Under the pieces are notes generated by a model. It was not told the origin of the DNA, searched no databases, and was given only the letters and a program-made list of their open reading frames with translations. A DNA stretch of 64,000 bases from Eukaryota sp. GEM-RC1 (taxonomy: Eukaryota). Within the stretch, counting starts at the first letter, position 1; each line of letters starts with the position of its first letter. Below, piece after piece: positions 62,820 through 64,000 of this stretch. A program made the translations under genes and the position numbers. The stretch is taken from positions 2,356,001 to 2,420,000 of the forward strand of contig JAUFOQ010000004.1 of NCBI GenBank assembly GCA_040285855.1. Reading direction: 5' to 3'.

Positions 62820-64000
62820 AAAAAATTGAGTTCTCAAAAGTTGAACTCACGAGCAGAGCAGATGATTGATTTTCGATCCAAAACAGACCGAAAGTACTGA
62901 AAATGCCAAGTGGTTATCCTTTTGACATCTTGTATCTCCTGCAATTGAACTGATTTTGTTTAGATAATTCTTGAGCACACTCTCAATCTGCAAAGAATTG
63001 CCAATATAGGAACCCAAAAAACGGACTGCTTCAATGTTGTAATCCACAAACCGGATTGATTGCTCACCATACTTAAGTTCCTCAAACCGCTTACCAATAA
63101 GAAAACATTTAGATAGTTTGATTTCGATTTCAAAATCAATTGATTGAGATAAACTTACAAAGTGTTTTAAACCATCCTTAAGAGAAGTTAAGGGCCCATT
63201 AAGAGAAGAATCATCAGCGTAAGCACACATATGAGTATCAGGAAATCTATCATTAAACTTAACTAAAATGGATTGAAGAGCCAAACAAAAGAAAAAAGGG
63301 TCCTAGAGGATCCCCTTGTTTAACTCCTATTATTAAGGAAATCACTTTAGAATGAAAACAAATGATCAGACACAAATCCGTACATCAATGTAAAATATGG
63401 TAAAAGGGGTAAAGATCTAAAAACTTTAAAAATAGTATATCGTGGGGATACCAATACAAGTAACCGTAAAAACTATACAAGCATACCCTTTACTATGCTT
63501 GTATTGGAACTTTGCTTGTATTAGGGTCCTTTAAATCTTTTGTTTTGTATAATTAAATATTAATCATGACAAGATCACTAAAATTGGAATCGATACTCAC
63601 TAAGTTCAATCAGTTATCTTTAAAATACTCTAATTAACCCAATACTAGCGCTTCCCTAATACTAGCCACAAGGGTTAGGCTAGTAAAATACCTAGGTTCA
63701 ACAAATGATTCAATTTTGTGAGACTTACACATAACATGTATTTGGTCTCTTACAACATTGTATACTTGTGTTTACCAAAAAAAAGTTTATGAACATATAT
63801 GAAAATCAAGGAAGTTTTATTATTACCACATCTCCTTGATAGAACAGAACAATCTTCCAATTAATTAATCCATCAAACAATCGCGTGACCTTTCGGAAAT
63901 TATTTGAAAGGTATCAATTACACAAAAAGATCTAGAAATACCAATTTCAAAAGACTCAGCTTAAAGAGTGCTTCGCATATCCTCTCAACCATCATCACCT

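Larger units (their letters stand above)
57349..64000 (+). repeat. Head-to-tail tandem array, period ~4575 bp, continuing past the window edge
   Basis: agtacttgtgtttattttag begins at 58201 and at 62776 (offset 4575); identical junction ccataaatatctctaaaaaattgagttctc in both units, apart from A-run length. Confidence 0.93.

Overview
AT-rich eukaryotic DNA, most likely from a flagellated protist (inferred from a kinesin-2 gene, 30-31 nt GT-AG introns and very short intergenic spacers; a metamonad-like lineage is plausible but unproven). Compact islands of housekeeping genes (kinesin-2, TUG/ASPSCR1-like, VPS50, a MORN-repeat protein, tRNA-Arg(UCU), SHQ1) sit among many transposable elements. These are at least five families of CRE-like restriction-like-endonuclease (RLE) non-LTR retrotransposons, which I label A-E, and several non-autonomous TIR elements with 8-bp target site duplications (TSDs). 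The centre holds a ~17 kb gene for a giant (~5,700 aa) multi-domain surface protein, preceded by a broken partial duplicate of itself. Three things stand out. (1) A 65-bp retrotransposon tail is inserted at an AG|GT site of the giant gene, and its 10-bp TSD creates a GT..AG segment whose removal restores the reading frame exactly (candidate intron birth). (2) A ~4.58 kb head-to-tail unit, made of a full-length family A element plus ~1.4 kb of captured DNA, is present as two mutually inverted arrays. (3) A duplication/inverted-insertion rearrangement has all three junctions readable at base level. Most frameshifts fall in homopolymers and are probably long-read consensus errors.
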